A DNA stretch of 64,000 nt from Octopus vulgaris (taxonomy: Eukaryota): positions 88,660,001 through 88,724,000 of the forward strand of contig OX597821.1 of NCBI GenBank assembly GCA_951406725.2. Direction: 5' to 3'. The notes beneath the pieces are model-generated. The model did no database searches. It was not told where the DNA came from and worked only from the letters and a program-made list of their open reading frames with translations. Of this stretch, positions 1 to 12,189 are shown one piece after another. Position numbers and translations under genes: made by a program. Every line of letters begins with the position of its first letter. Positions within the stretch are counted from its first letter, which is position 1.

Positions 1-7
1 ACACAGT

Positions 8-66
8 TTAGGGTGGTGCTCCAGCATGGCTGCAGTCAAATGATTGAAAGAAATAAAAGAATAAAA
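8..66 (+). mobile_element. SINE family A, 3' tail only
   Basis: GGTGGTGCTCCAGCATGGCTGCAGTCAAATGATTGAAA matches the 3' end of the full-length family A copies, e.g. 63650-63710. Confidence 0.85.
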
Positions 67-844
67 ACATACATTTGGGTAGAGTGAGTAGGTAAACTAC
101 ACACACAGAGAATCGATATACAATAACAAAATTTGTTAACATAAATGCACACTCACAAATAAAGCTACATAAACACACACACGGATATATACACATGGTT
201 ACTGTCATATGTACGCATTAACGTGTGTCCATTTGCTCATAAATTCTCAGGGCATCTCGCTACACCGCTGCAACATCATGTCATGCGGTAAGTCCTCCAT
301 AAATATAACATTTGCTAAGCATTTTCATTGGCTACTCTAACTAACCAATGGGATTAGAAGGAGGGGAGTAACATTCCTTACAGACTTAACTCATCTGATT
401 TGGCATTATGAGCGTCGAGCTTTTTCTTTGATCCGTTAATCCATCTTTGACGGAAATCGGCTGTAAAATTGCATGAATAACAAACAGACGGATGTCTGTT
501 ATATTGCACAGGTGACATTGGTGCATCCAATAAATCGCTTGCTTTAATTTCATGTTTCTTACACACATACACCTGGGAATTACAATTTTCTGACATGTGA
601 CTATGTTCCCATTATAGGTAAACCCGTCGGTGTTTTAAGAGGAGTGTACAAGAAGCATTTCACCCAATTGCAGAGAATGTCTGGCACATCTGTATTGTAT
701 ATATATATTTGTGTGTACAAATAATATATATATATAACTGTAAACACACATACACAAGGACACGGGCATATATATATATGCTTATACGTTTACATGCATA
801 CACATATACACTTACATATATTCATATGTGTGTTTGCGTGTGTA

Positions 845-1163
845 GGTGTATGGCTCAGTGGTTCGAGCGTCAGGCTCACAATCAAGAGATAGTGAGTTCG
901 ATTCCCGAACTGGGCTGCGTATTGTGCTCTTGAACAAGACACATTATTTCACGTTGCTCCAGTTCTCCCAGGTGTAGAAATGAATTGCGACGCCACTGGT
1001 GTCAAGCTATATCGGCCTGTGCCCTTCTCTTGGATAATATCGGTGGCGTGGAGAGGGAAGGTTGGTATACATGGGCGACTCTACTAGTCTTCCATAAAAC
1101 AACCTTGCTCAGGATAACTTTCTAGATGCAATCCCATGGTCATTCATGACCGAAGGAGGAGTC
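845..1163 (+). mobile_element. tRNA-derived SINE, group C (middle M1 + tail T1)
   Basis: A box TGGCTCAGTGG and B box GTTCGATTCC. The middle TTGAACAAGACAC...TTCACGTTGCTCCAG is shared with 11305-11550. Terminal hairpin GGTCAT-TC-ATGACC. Confidence 0.8.
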
Positions 1164-1173
1164 TGTATACATG

Positions 1174-1175
<2 letters not shown>

Positions 1176-1236
<61 letters not shown>
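1176..1236. repeat. (TA)n microsatellite
   Basis: Pure TA tract. Confidence 0.95.
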
Positions 1237-1238
<2 letters not shown>

Positions 1239-1371
1239 TGAAATAAGACATGAAACGATCGTAGTGGTTATTTATAATTGTTAAATTTCTAAATTTATAT
1301 AAATTATTTTATGTATTGGCTTAAGTCTTTCTTTGTTTGATTTGCATAATAGTGGTTTTGTCTCTAATTTA

Positions 1372-1378
<7 letters not shown>
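1237..1378 (+). mobile_element. Penelope-like terminal-repeat fragment (family P1) with the 3' half of a hammerhead
   Basis: Reverse complement of the repeat at 18199-18420, 54931-55290 and 59794-59920. Begins with GAAAC-GATC-GTA. Embedded in TA tracts. Confidence 0.6.
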
Positions 1379-1449
<71 letters not shown>

Positions 1450-1505
1450 TATACATATATATATATACATATAAATACATACATATATATATATACATAT
1501 ATATA

Positions 1506-1919
1506 TAACTTAGAATAACTTAGAAAGGTTTTGGCCAGTATTGGCCCAGGCCATGTCTAACTTAATAGCACCACCTGGCGAAATCTTTCAATTCAGGATT
1601 TGGGCACCAAGGCCCATTCGAGCAGAGAGTTATTGTTTGCGGAGACATATCCGGGTGTGGGTGGTTTGTCCGAGACTGTTTGAAGGAATTTGTCCAAAGA
1701 CTTCTTGAATTTTGTGTGGTCAGTTTCTTTTTTGACGTGTCCTGGTGTAATGTTGAAGAGAGCGGGTCCAATTGAGGTGAAATAGTTGTGCCGTATTGTC
1801 GTTATGTGATGCGATTTAGATTTTTGTTGTGGACGGATGGCACGTGGTCCAAGCCTTGGATGTATTTTGAAGGTGATGCCAACATCATTCGGACAGTGCT
1901 GATGGAATATTTTCTACAT
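1506..1919 (-). mobile_element. CR1-group LINE 3' end (ORF2 C-terminus plus tail), 5'-truncated
   Basis: Minus frame reads KIFHQHCPNDVGITFKIHPRLGPRAIRP...YFTSIGPALFNITPGHVKKETDHTKFKKSLDKFLQTVSDKPPTPGYVSANNNSLLEW, a typical CR1-group C-terminus (GPxLFN, FKxxLDxFL). Ends in short TTCTAAGTTA repeats. Confidence 0.75.
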
Positions 1920-2309
1920 CATACAGATAATGTAGCGTTCATACATATATATATATAAACACATATATACATATATATACAAATACATACATATATATAT
2001 ATATTTGTGAGTGCATGTGTAGATATGTGTATGTATGTGTTAGTATGTGTGCGTGTGTGTGTGTGTGCATATGTGTGTAGATAAGTATTCTTCATTTGGT
2101 GAAGGAAGTTGTGGTCTAATTGAATTTGTAAGCAAATGAGCACAATATTTGGAAGAAGAGAACATGAGCAAATCTTTGTTCCATAAAATACATCCTTTCA
2201 ACAGAAAATATTCCAGTAAATGGTGATTACTCTATGAACTGTTGCAAAATGTCTATATTCTCTTTTGTTCTGCGAAGTGAAAGACAATAGGTGAAAACCC
2301 CAAATTTAT

Positions 2310-2723
2310 ACTCTTTACTCTTTACTCTTTTACTTGTTTCAGTCATTTGACTGCGGCCATGCTGGAGCATCGCCTTTAGTCGAGCATCTCGACCCCGGGA
2401 TTTATTCTTTGTAAGCCCAGTACTTATTCTATCGGTCTCTTTTGCCGAACCGCTAGGTGACGGGACGTAAACACACCAGCATCGGTTGTCAAGCAATACT
2501 AGGGGGACAAACACAGACACACAAACATATACACACACATATATATATATACATATATACGACAGGCTTCTTTCAGTTTCCGTCTACCAAATCCACTCAC
2601 AAGACGTTGGTCGGCCCGGGGCTATAGCAGAAGACACTTGCCCAAGATGCCACGCAGTGGGACTGAACCCGGAACCAGGTGGTTGGTAAGCAAGCTACTT
2701 ACCATACAGCCACTCCTGCTCCT
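2310..2723 (-). mobile_element. SINE family A, full length
   Basis: tRNA-like head (TGGCTGTATGG...GGTTCAGTCCC), CORE-like CTTGGGCAAGT, internal (TA)n(TG)n tract and (AGTAAAAG)n tail. Near-identical to several other copies in the window. Confidence 0.95.
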
Positions 2724-3799
2724 ATGTATATGTATATTCAGATACGTGAGTAAATATTATTCTTCATTTATAATGTGCCATAAAGTCATTTTTCCACAGC
2801 ATAAATCGCAAATTTTACAAGAAATGAATGCAAGAAACCGTGTAACACCAGCGTATTTCTAGTGTCAAACTTATTTTTAACAGATGAATTTAAGTTAAAG
2901 CCAACTGATATGACACGAAACATCCCTATCTGACAGAGCATCATGATTTCTTAACGAATCACTCTCTAATATGCCTGACTATAATAGATCAATAATTGTT
3001 AACATAAGTATCTTCTGGTCCAAGTTTCAAAACTGCACCTCGTATTATTATTTAACGGTTGTTTGTTTCAATGTGAATACGTAGTTTGGTTATGTTCCTT
3101 AGTTCGTGTCACTGAGTTTCGGAATCAAAACTCTTCTCCATGTGCCATTCTTTGTATTCTGTGTAACTGCATACGACATATTTCTTCAATTAAAGCTGAA
3201 CTGGTGTAATACAACAAGAACAATAACAATAACAGCAAACAAAAAGAAAAGGAACTGTGTTTTTACCAAGAATGATGCATTCTTTAAAATTTGACCTTTA
3301 AGAAGTAAATAGAATTTCAAGATATGTCTAATGTTGGGGTCGGTTTGGATCAAAGGACTAATGGTTACATTCTTTTGTTTACTACTTAAGTTGTTTGCCG
3401 CAAAACAAACATTTGAAGTTACTTTAAAATGCTTTTAATCATATTGTAGCAGACGGATGGTTGATACCCATACACTCTGACAAATACATACTTATGTAGA
3501 CATATACAAAAGCATGCGAAGTGATTTTATAGGTTTTTATACGAACAAAATGCGCATACATCTATTACTGACATGACTTCTTTTTGATAAGATATAGTGT
3601 TTAAACTAAAAGGTTCTCATTCAGTTAATTTGAAACTATTTAAAAAACTTACTGCAATTTGGTTTAAAACTTGTAAGGTTCATTATACATTGCATATAAA
3701 CATCTTAAAAAGAAATTGTCTCCCTTGGGGAAATACAAAGTGTGCTACTACTACAATTTAACAAATATAAAAGTAGAGGTCTTAAAAATAATATGACTA

Positions 3800-4600
3800 A
3801 GGAGTTGGGAGAAATAGATTATATGGAAATGAGCGTCGATACTTTGAATACAAAATTATTAGGTATCAGTGCATATATAATATCATGAAGTTTAATGAGA
3901 TCACTAATTTTATTGCTTTATTGTAGCAGAGCCTGAATTATGACAGACCTGGTTAATTATTCAGAGATGAGAGACTCTTGAACTGATTTAAAAAATTTAG
4001 ATTTGAAATCAGGCAGCTATATTGTTTTGCATGACGTTTTTGTTAGGTATTCCGTAAATATAAAAACAAATTAGAGTCGTAGACTGGGTATGAGTCATTC
4101 TAGTATGTAGTTGAAAATGGCACTATCCAATCTTGTAGGCATTTAATTTTGCAGTTTTACAGGAGATAATCTTCGGAGCAGCGTATTTGAGAAATAATTT
4201 TGCTATTACATTTTTAAAGTGCGCATATTTATAAAGACATTTTAGTTTCTTTCAAGCTATGAATAACCTGGTAAATCTTGTAGCCACCCGCCAAGATCTT
4301 CATCATATTTATAATTCCACTTGATACAAATATCAGTAGCGGTTTCTTTCAAGCTTCAGATATAATTGGATACATTTGTTGCATACGTATTTTTCATATT
4401 TCCTAGACAACTAATGGCTGTATCGTTGTACAAATATATCCACATGGCATTTAAGAACATTGTTAATATTTGTTTAGTTGGAGGTAGTTACACCCAAACA
4501 TGTAATTGATTCAACGTCGCATGCTTGGTTAAGAGGACATAAGTTTGTACTTCTCTATGCATAGTTAGCCAGAGTTCGTTTCCTTCGTTTACATGTTGCT
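3800..4600 (-). pseudogene. Highly decayed LINE reverse-transcriptase fossil (RTE-like)
   Basis: Scattered minus-strand peptides such as IFNYILE and SGLCYNKAIK appear in the order expected for RT motifs, with many stops and frameshifts. Confidence 0.3.
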
Positions 4601-5190
4601 AACTCTTTAATATTGGCAGTACAGTTGTAACTCAGAGAAATATTGTAGCTATGGTTAACTGGGAAATGTTTGCCTAGACTAGAAATGTTTTTAGCATTAT
4701 AAAACACAATATTGAGGAAGAAGGAATTCTGAAACTGATGAACTTCTTACTGTCGATGAGGGAAAAATGTTTTTTATGTAACCTTATATTTAAATATGGT
4801 AGCTTTCACTTTTTTTTTATATACTACGGACATTATGGACGATTTTGTTTTTAATTCGATGATCAATTAAAACACTTCAACTGATACTAGCAATATGACT
4901 TTTAAAAACTATACTATAATTTGCAATGTGTGACGCTTTTTTTGTTCAATGTTCCGTATAATTCTCCCAGTTTAAATTTAGGAATACATTTATGAAATTG
5001 AAAATACTCGGATTCTAGGACATGGATATATTTAGGCTGACGTTATTGAAGGTGATAATAATGGCTTTCTAAACGCGTGTAAACTATGTTCCCTTAAGTG
5101 TTGAACTACAGCCATCTCACAGTTTCCATATAAGTCTTTATCTATTGTGTTAAATTTCTCTACTATCATAGAATCTCTCCAGAAAATATA

Positions 5191-5422
5191 TATTTCTTTA
5201 CTACTCACAAGGGGCTAAACACAGAGAGGACAAACAAGGACAGACAAACGGATTAAGTCGATTACATCGACCCCAGTGCGCAACTGGTACTTAATTTATC
5301 GACCCCGAAAGGATGAAAGGCAAAGTCGACCTCGGCGGAATTTCAACTCAGAACGTAACGGCAGACGAAATACGGCCACGCATTTCGCCCGGCGTGCTAA
5401 CGTTTCTGCCAGCTCGCCGCCA
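5191..5422 (-). mobile_element. SINE family B with 16-bp TSD
   Basis: Reverse complement of GGCGGCGAGCTGGCAGAAACGTTAG...GCCTTTCATCCTTTCGGGGTCGATAAATTAAGTACCAG...AAAGAAAT. Flanked by CTCTCCAGAAAATATA at 5175-5190 and 5423-5438. Confidence 0.95.
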
Positions 5423-6088
5423 CTCTCCAGAAAATATAGCGTAAGAAGACTGCATATTCGTACACTTGAGATTACCCCACACTAATGTATGTCAAACTTG
5501 TGGAGTCCGACATAATAGACCAAGTAGAGTCTATAACGGTGAATAGAATTTTATTTCTGTAATGATAAGAATATCATTGCTGTGTATAATTAAATGAATC
5601 GTAGGGAGATAATGAGAAAATGTTCGGAAAGGAGATTACAAATTCTGACAATGTCATATAAAATCGTTTTCATTATTAACGATTTGGAAGAAGGTACTGG
5701 CTGAAATTCTGGTCTAAGTTATATCCATATATTTATAAATATGCAATCCAACACTTGCATAGTCATTATTATCGAATAAATATTACCGACAGTGGTACAC
5801 TGTAAAGGCTGAATAACAATAATCGCATAATATTTTGCAACCACCAACACGAACACAATATAAAGTATGGACAACTAAAACAAAAGTAAACTAAATAATG
5901 ATACTGTTAATAACAATTACAGGAAAGAAACGAAAGCTGTTATTAAAACAAAAGCTAAAATATAAGCAATATCCATACCAAAGTAAACCGCAACATTCGT
6001 AAAAACAACGGCTATATTTTCCCCTTATGTCTCAAGGACATATTTTCACTAGCGTAGAATAGACATGCATAAGACAAATATGTACATA

Positions 6089-6091
<3 letters not shown>

Positions 6092-6161
<70 letters not shown>

Positions 6162-6164
6162 ATA

Positions 6165-6205
<41 letters not shown>

Positions 6206-6265
6206 ATATATATATAAATATAAATACATATATATATATATATGATATATGATATATATGTATAT

Positions 6266-6312
<47 letters not shown>
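6092..6312. repeat. Compound (TA)n microsatellite
   Basis: Interrupted TA tract; source of the poly-YI ORFs. Confidence 0.95.
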
Positions 6313-6318
6313 CATACA

Positions 6319-7467
6319 CATGGCGCGTAAGGTATTTGAGGGCATACATTTTTGGGGTATTGCTGCAATTTTTGTTAACTCTGTACAATCTTTGTTTCAG
6401 AAAACAATAATAGCATACCCTCGGCTTACTCAAGACATGAAGAAGCATACTGTTATTGTGGTTATAAAGGTTGAGCATAGCGATTTAGAAATAACTCGAT
6501 TTTTAAAAGTTGCCAGATCTTTCGTCTACAATGTTTGTAAGTAGTTGGAGACTGAAGATGGAAAGGTATCACTATTATCAAAGTATAAAATGCATTCTAA
6601 ACGTTCTGAAATCAGAACTCTTGAATTTATCCAGCAAGTTCAACAGACGATTGATTACAATCCCAGAATTGCATGAAGTCAATTGCAAAAGATCTCCATG
6701 TGTCAGAAGGAACAGTCAGAAAGGTTGTCCACGAAAACATCAGATATACGTCTTATATAATGAGCAAAGGTCAATTTGTCAGAAAAAGCAAAAGATAACA
6801 AACCAAAGTTAACAGAAGAAATGACAGATGGTTATGTGCAGACTCTTATGAAGTTCTAAGTGTTATGCGTACAAATTTTCCTGCAACTGTCATGGTTTTA
6901 GAGGTTGTCAGCAATGAAGGACATGTGATGCCGCCTTACTTTTTTCGACAAGGCCTTAGAGTTAACTCTGCCGCCTACATTAAGGTCCTGGAAACAAGTG
7001 CTAAGCTCTGGATAGACATTGTATGCAATAGGTCATATTTGTTTCAGTAAGACTCTGCACTATCACACATAGCTCTAGTAACACAGGAATGGATGCCTGA
7101 AAATTTTGATGGTCACATAATCCTTAACAATTGGCCTTCTAATTCTCCAGATCTCAAACGGACTATTACATGTGGAGCATTGTTGAGAGAGAGGTTAATG
7201 AAGACGCCCATAACACCAAAGATTCTTTGAAAGGTGCCATAGTCAGAGTAATGTCCAAAATGAACCAGGACCACTTAATTCGAGCATGTAGATGAATTAG
7301 TTCTATTATAGAAGCTGTTGTTGAAGCTGAAGGTGGCTTTATTGAATAACATTATAGAAAAGGTTTATTTTTATCCTCATAGTACTTTTTGATAAAGTTA
7401 TTATCTGTTATTATATATCTGCTCATTTATACACATAAATCTGTCCTCAAATATCTTACGCACCCTA
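6319..7467 (+). mobile_element. Tc1/mariner DD37D (maT-type) transposon, decayed, with TIRs
   Basis: Imperfect TIRs (CATGGCGCGTAAGGTATTTGAGGGCA / TGTCCTCAAATATCTTACGCACCCT) in a TA-rich context. Broken transposase: MSIAKDLHVSEGTVRKVVHENIRY-like HTH, NRRNDRWL, FPATVMVLEVVSNEGHVMPP, FQ*DSA...WPSNSPDL..DY, EAEGGFIE. About 37 residues between the 2nd and 3rd Asp once a small deletion is restored. The first-Asp region is deleted. Confidence 0.9.
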
Positions 7468-7494
7468 TATATTTATATATGCATGTGTGTCTAC

Positions 7495-7681
<187 letters not shown>

Positions 7682-9609
7682 TACAAATCAATAAAGCAAA
7701 TATACTCACAAGTACGACCCTAAACCAAAGAAAATATACTGACAGAATGTAAAATTTTTAATAGGCCAAAAACACACAAGCATGAAGAAAATACACAAGT
7801 TTTACAAAGAAAGTCGAGAAATATTTATGAATGAAAATAATTCATAGGAACGTTTTTACGTATCAAATTAGTTTAATTAATAGAGAATCTATATCAGACA
7901 AGATACCAAGAAGCGAGCAAATATATGCTTAACAAAGTAGGCCTAGAGATCAAACTAAACACAAACAGACTTAATGAGCGTTTGAGCTTTTTTTTGTGAC
8001 GCTAACCGTCAACATGCTAACAGTTAACAAAGTGACAATGAAAATACAAAACAATAAACACACTGACTGAAAGGAATATGTAGAAGATATCTGGCATAGA
8101 GCATATGGATATTAATGACAATAAACATGAACAAACTAACTGTATTAACTTTTTAAAAAACTGTCAGTGAACAACCTGGATACAAAACACAACAGACTGT
8201 GAACACACTCGACATCGAAGACTTCAAGGAAATAACATTGAAAAAATATTACCAGTAAAAATATTGATAATAACCAAACACTGGGGAACAAACAGGGGTA
8301 AAAACAGGCCATGAAAGTATCATGAAAATATTCTGAATATATAAAGTGGATAATGAACAAACGAGACAAAGAGCAAAGCATATAAAGTGAACAAACTATA
8401 TTGCTAGTATACCAGACGACTGGCAAACCTAAATTTATGAGAGAATATTAAGTCTTGCAGCTTTCAGTGGAATAAATAGATTGAAAGGAATGAAATGAAG
8501 ACAATATTGATAATGTAAACTTATTATCTTTCTGTTTTGTATAATATATATTATTTCTAGATCTATTTGTTTTTAAATACATTATTGTTTTCCTTGACAA
8601 TAGGAGAGGGTTTTATTTATGTAAAGCTAAACGCAGAATTTAGCTTTAGGTTTATTTATTCATTTATTCATTTATTAGCGAATTATTACTTCTTTCATTT
8701 CCGAGTGTTGTCATGAAATACTCAGCTCCATGCAGACGTCTGAGGTAAGCAGATTTCTAAATCTAAGATATTGAGAGATTATTAGCGAAACTGTTAGCAG
8801 ACTGTTGCCTTGTCATCACCAATGATGTAGAAATCTATTTAGCTGACAACGGTTCAATCCATCTCGTGGTGAGAAAGTAACTTGATACTAGCTGAATTCA
8901 TAGATGAAGGTGTGCTTATTCAGCTCTGATTTATTGATACCAATATTTGCCTTTGATTTACGTCGCAGCGACAAAAATAGCAGCCAAATATCACTCAAAT
9001 CCCACCTGCCAATAAAATACAGGAATTGGCTAAAATAATCTCAGTTAAAATAGATGCGTCTAACATAGGTTTGTTATGGTTTAAAGCAATTTTATTCTTT
9101 GGTAAGCTTTATTTTAGAGATAAATAACAATAGCTGGCAGAGAATATATTACGAAGCATTGCAGAAATGCAACACATTCTGATTGCAAAACTGTATATAA
9201 TACGATGAAGTATAAGAAACGATCGCAATTAAGAAAGTAAAGTATATTTGAAGCACTGAATCACCATAATGCACTTAGCCTTTTTTAATACAGTTTCTAC
9301 ATATCATAAAAATACTAGATCGGAGACGAGCAAAATTACATAACGTTTATATCGGGGATGAGCGGAAGAACATAGTAACGAAACTGTGAAAAAATATGGA
9401 AGCGTTCACGATTTATACGATTTCATCTGCGTTACTAAGTAGAATGTTCAATGTTGGTGAACAACCCTCAGGTAAGAAGGGATGTAGAAATGTTGAAACA
9501 AACTGTAAGTGTATAAAGGGGTAACTAAAAGTGAAGTTGAAAAAAGTAGTTATGTCAGAAACATAAGATAGCTAAAACAGTTTCATTTCATGCCTACCAC
9601 TCACTCACA

Positions 9610-9809
<200 letters not shown>

Positions 9810-9810
9810 A

Positions 9811-10400
9811 GTAATAATAAAGGGTGAAATTAATTAATTTGGAATAATTATCAATTACACCAAGTAGATTTCGGCATGTAAAAGCCCCATTCGAGGAAAA
9901 TTTAAGTAATACTAAGTAATTAAGGGTTTAGCAACGAATTGCCTCACCAACACACCGAATTTAGAAATAGCAGTCAAAGAGATATAGCTATTCCTTCTAC
10001 TAAAAGGGGGATCTCAGTAAAAACACAGCACTTGAAAGGCAAACACAGACAGGTAAGAAAGAAAGAATGAAATGGCGGCAATCTATCATACAATTTTAAG
10101 TTACCTACGGACGTACGTTTCGAAATCAAGTTTTAGGAGAGCATAAGAATTAGAAAATTCTACTTTACCCAAACTTATTTTCTCATCGGCGCAGGATACT
10201 ACAATTATGAATAATTGTATATTAAATTTTGAGATACTAGAAGGCATTATCTCAACTCAGTGTCAGTTGCCTTTCAAGTGCTGTGTTTTTACTGAGATCC
10301 CCCTTTTAGTAGAAGGAATAGCTATATCTCTTTGACTGCTATTTCTAAATTCGGTGTGTTGTTGAGGCAATTCGTTGCTAAACCCTTAATTACTTAGTAT
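9811..10400 (-). mobile_element. Penelope-like terminal repeat with inverted duplication, inserted in (TCTA)n
   Basis: 134-bp inverted repeat (9909-10042 / 10267-10400, 1 mismatch) enclosing a hammerhead motif. TCTA tracts lie on both sides. Confidence 0.7.
10104..10195 (-). ncRNA. Type I hammerhead ribozyme motif (core variant CCGAUGA)
   Basis: Minus strand: CCUGCG-CCGAUGA-GAAAAUAAGUUU...AAACUUGAUUUC-GAA-ACGUACGU-C-CGUAGG. 6-bp stem I, extended stem II, palindromic minimal stem III and GUC cleavage triplet. Confidence 0.75.
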
Positions 10401-10724
10401 CTATCTATCTATCTATCTGTCTATCTGTTTGTGTGTCTGTCTGTCCAAAGATTTTCAACATCTTTCTGCGTTCTGCCAACAATGACAAACCCGTTAATTC
10501 ACGTTGCCGAAATTAGAATCATCCCATCAATGAACTATTATGTAAGTTTCTGCACTTTCCTTCAATCATATTGAGATACGCTGATCATTGTTGCCTGCTA
10601 TATGAAAAGCTGTGACAATGCTTACCTACCTGTATATATATATATATATATATATAGAGTGTGTGTGTATGTATATATATATGTATGTATATACATATGC
10701 ACGTATATATGTATGCATATATAG

Positions 10725-10920
10725 ATTGTCGCACTCACGATGGACAGATCATGATTTCAATCCCTAGACAGGGTGATGTGTACGTCGTGTTGCTTACCAA
10801 TCACCTGGAACGTGGCACACCTAGCACCTGTTCAGATAACGTCGATTTGATGGAGAGAGTGTGAGGTAATGTGCGCTACGAACATTTGAGCATTATAAAC
10901 CTATCTTTTGCGCAGCTCGT
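10725..10920 (+). mobile_element. Degenerate SINE-like fragment
   Basis: Decayed tRNA-like B-box region (GATTTCAATCCCTAGACAGGG) resembling group C heads, between microsatellites. Confidence 0.4.
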
Positions 10921-10924
10921 CTGC

Positions 10925-10978
<54 letters not shown>

Positions 10979-11304
10979 GCACACACACATATGTTCGCAC
11001 AGACACAAACATGCACACACACAGACACACATGGACACACATAAACACAGACAGACAGACATGGGCATACACGCATACACTCATATATTACGGCATTTAA
11101 ACGGTGCGTAAATACCAGCATGTACCTTGTGCCTTAAGCTCTAAGTTATACATGTTGTTACTCTCTTTTCTATATTTTTTCTGGCGTATATCATTTATAT
11201 TTTGATGCCACGCATCGTTGCCTAAGATTCAAAATGCCTTCCCTGTGCATATGCACTTGTAAGCATACACAGAGATGAACTCATATACATATATATAAAA
11301 TAAA

Positions 11305-11550
11305 TGCGCCCTTTTAAAGCCTACCCAGGCTCATGGGCCCGGTTTCCCGGTTTTTATGGCGTATGTGTTCCCCAGCTGGACGGGACGCCAGTCCATCGCA
11401 GCGTTACTCATTTTGCCAGCTGAGTGGACTGGAGCAACGTGAATTGAAGTGTCTTGCTCAAGAACACAACGCGTCGCTCGGTCCAGGAATCGAAACCACA
11501 ATCTTACGATCATGATGCTGACACCCTAAACACTAAGCCAAGCGCCTCCA
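11305..11550 (-). mobile_element. tRNA-derived SINE, group C (middle M1 + tail T2)
   Basis: Head TGGCTTAGTG...GTTTCGATTCC. Middle shared with 845-1163. Tail GATGGACTGGCGTCCCGTCCAGCTGGGGAACAC...GAAACCGGGCCCATGA shared with 53728-54027. Confidence 0.9.
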
Positions 11551-12189
11551 CATATATATATATATATACTCATATTTATGTAGTCTTATATATGCTCATA
11601 TATAAGCCTATTGTGTGGGTGCGCACAATATACATACGCATAGACACACCAAGATACTTGCACATATGCACGTCGGTAGATACACATATACAAAAGCCAT
11701 ACATTCGTACAAACGCACGTTCTCATCAGAATCTCTCAAGTCACCTATTCTCTGTAATTTTCAGTTTGAAGTTTAGTTCCCACTCTATATACTAATTTAT
11801 TTTAGACAAAAATACGTGAAGTATTATTTCAGAAAAGAACTCTTTAAAATCACATCAAACCAGTTATTCGTTTATTCACTGATTCTTTATATTTCAGAGG
11901 AGCCGAGGTAAAATTGTGTCGGAGTGACATGTATGCTTGACATTGTAAACTGCTGAAAATGGCGAAATGCGCATCTGTCAATTGAGTACCATGTGGATCC
12001 AATTGCTTTCGACTAGCAGTGAAGTATAAGGAGATCTTTATCGGGAAATCAACTGCACCTTCTGTCTTTTCAACGATATACAAACCGTAAAATTATATTT
12101 ATAGAAAAAGATTTTATTTTATGCATTATGCATTTTGAAATAGTAGGAATCCAACTTTGTATCATTGAAACTGGTTAAATGAAACGTGT

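Noticed and set aside
845-915. tRNA-like sequences at SINE heads (also 53735, 56636, 63300)
   Set aside because: A and B boxes are present but there is no complete cloverleaf, and they run into SINE bodies.
2227-2862. Recurrent ORFs such as MPRSGTEPGTMWLVSKLLTTQPL and SGSAKETDRISTGLTKNKSRG
   Set aside because: They are incidental frames in SINE family A copies.
4732-4775. CTGATGA...GAAA hammerhead-like string
   Set aside because: Stems I and III are only A-U runs, there is no palindromic stem III and no microsatellite context, so it is compatible with chance.
6012-6478. Long ORFs rich in YI/IY, also at 18378-18926, 47335-47852 and elsewhere
   Set aside because: They are translations of stop-free (TA)n, (TCTA)n or (CA)n microsatellites, not genes.
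8678-8750. Possible exon ending GAG|GTAAGC (MKYSAPCRRL)
   Set aside because: A good donor, but the frame is very short and no partner exon or homology is recognisable.
11885-12090. Strong acceptor TTTATATTTCAG followed by a more GC-rich segment
   Set aside because: All three plus frames stop early. A non-coding exon cannot be supported without RNA data.
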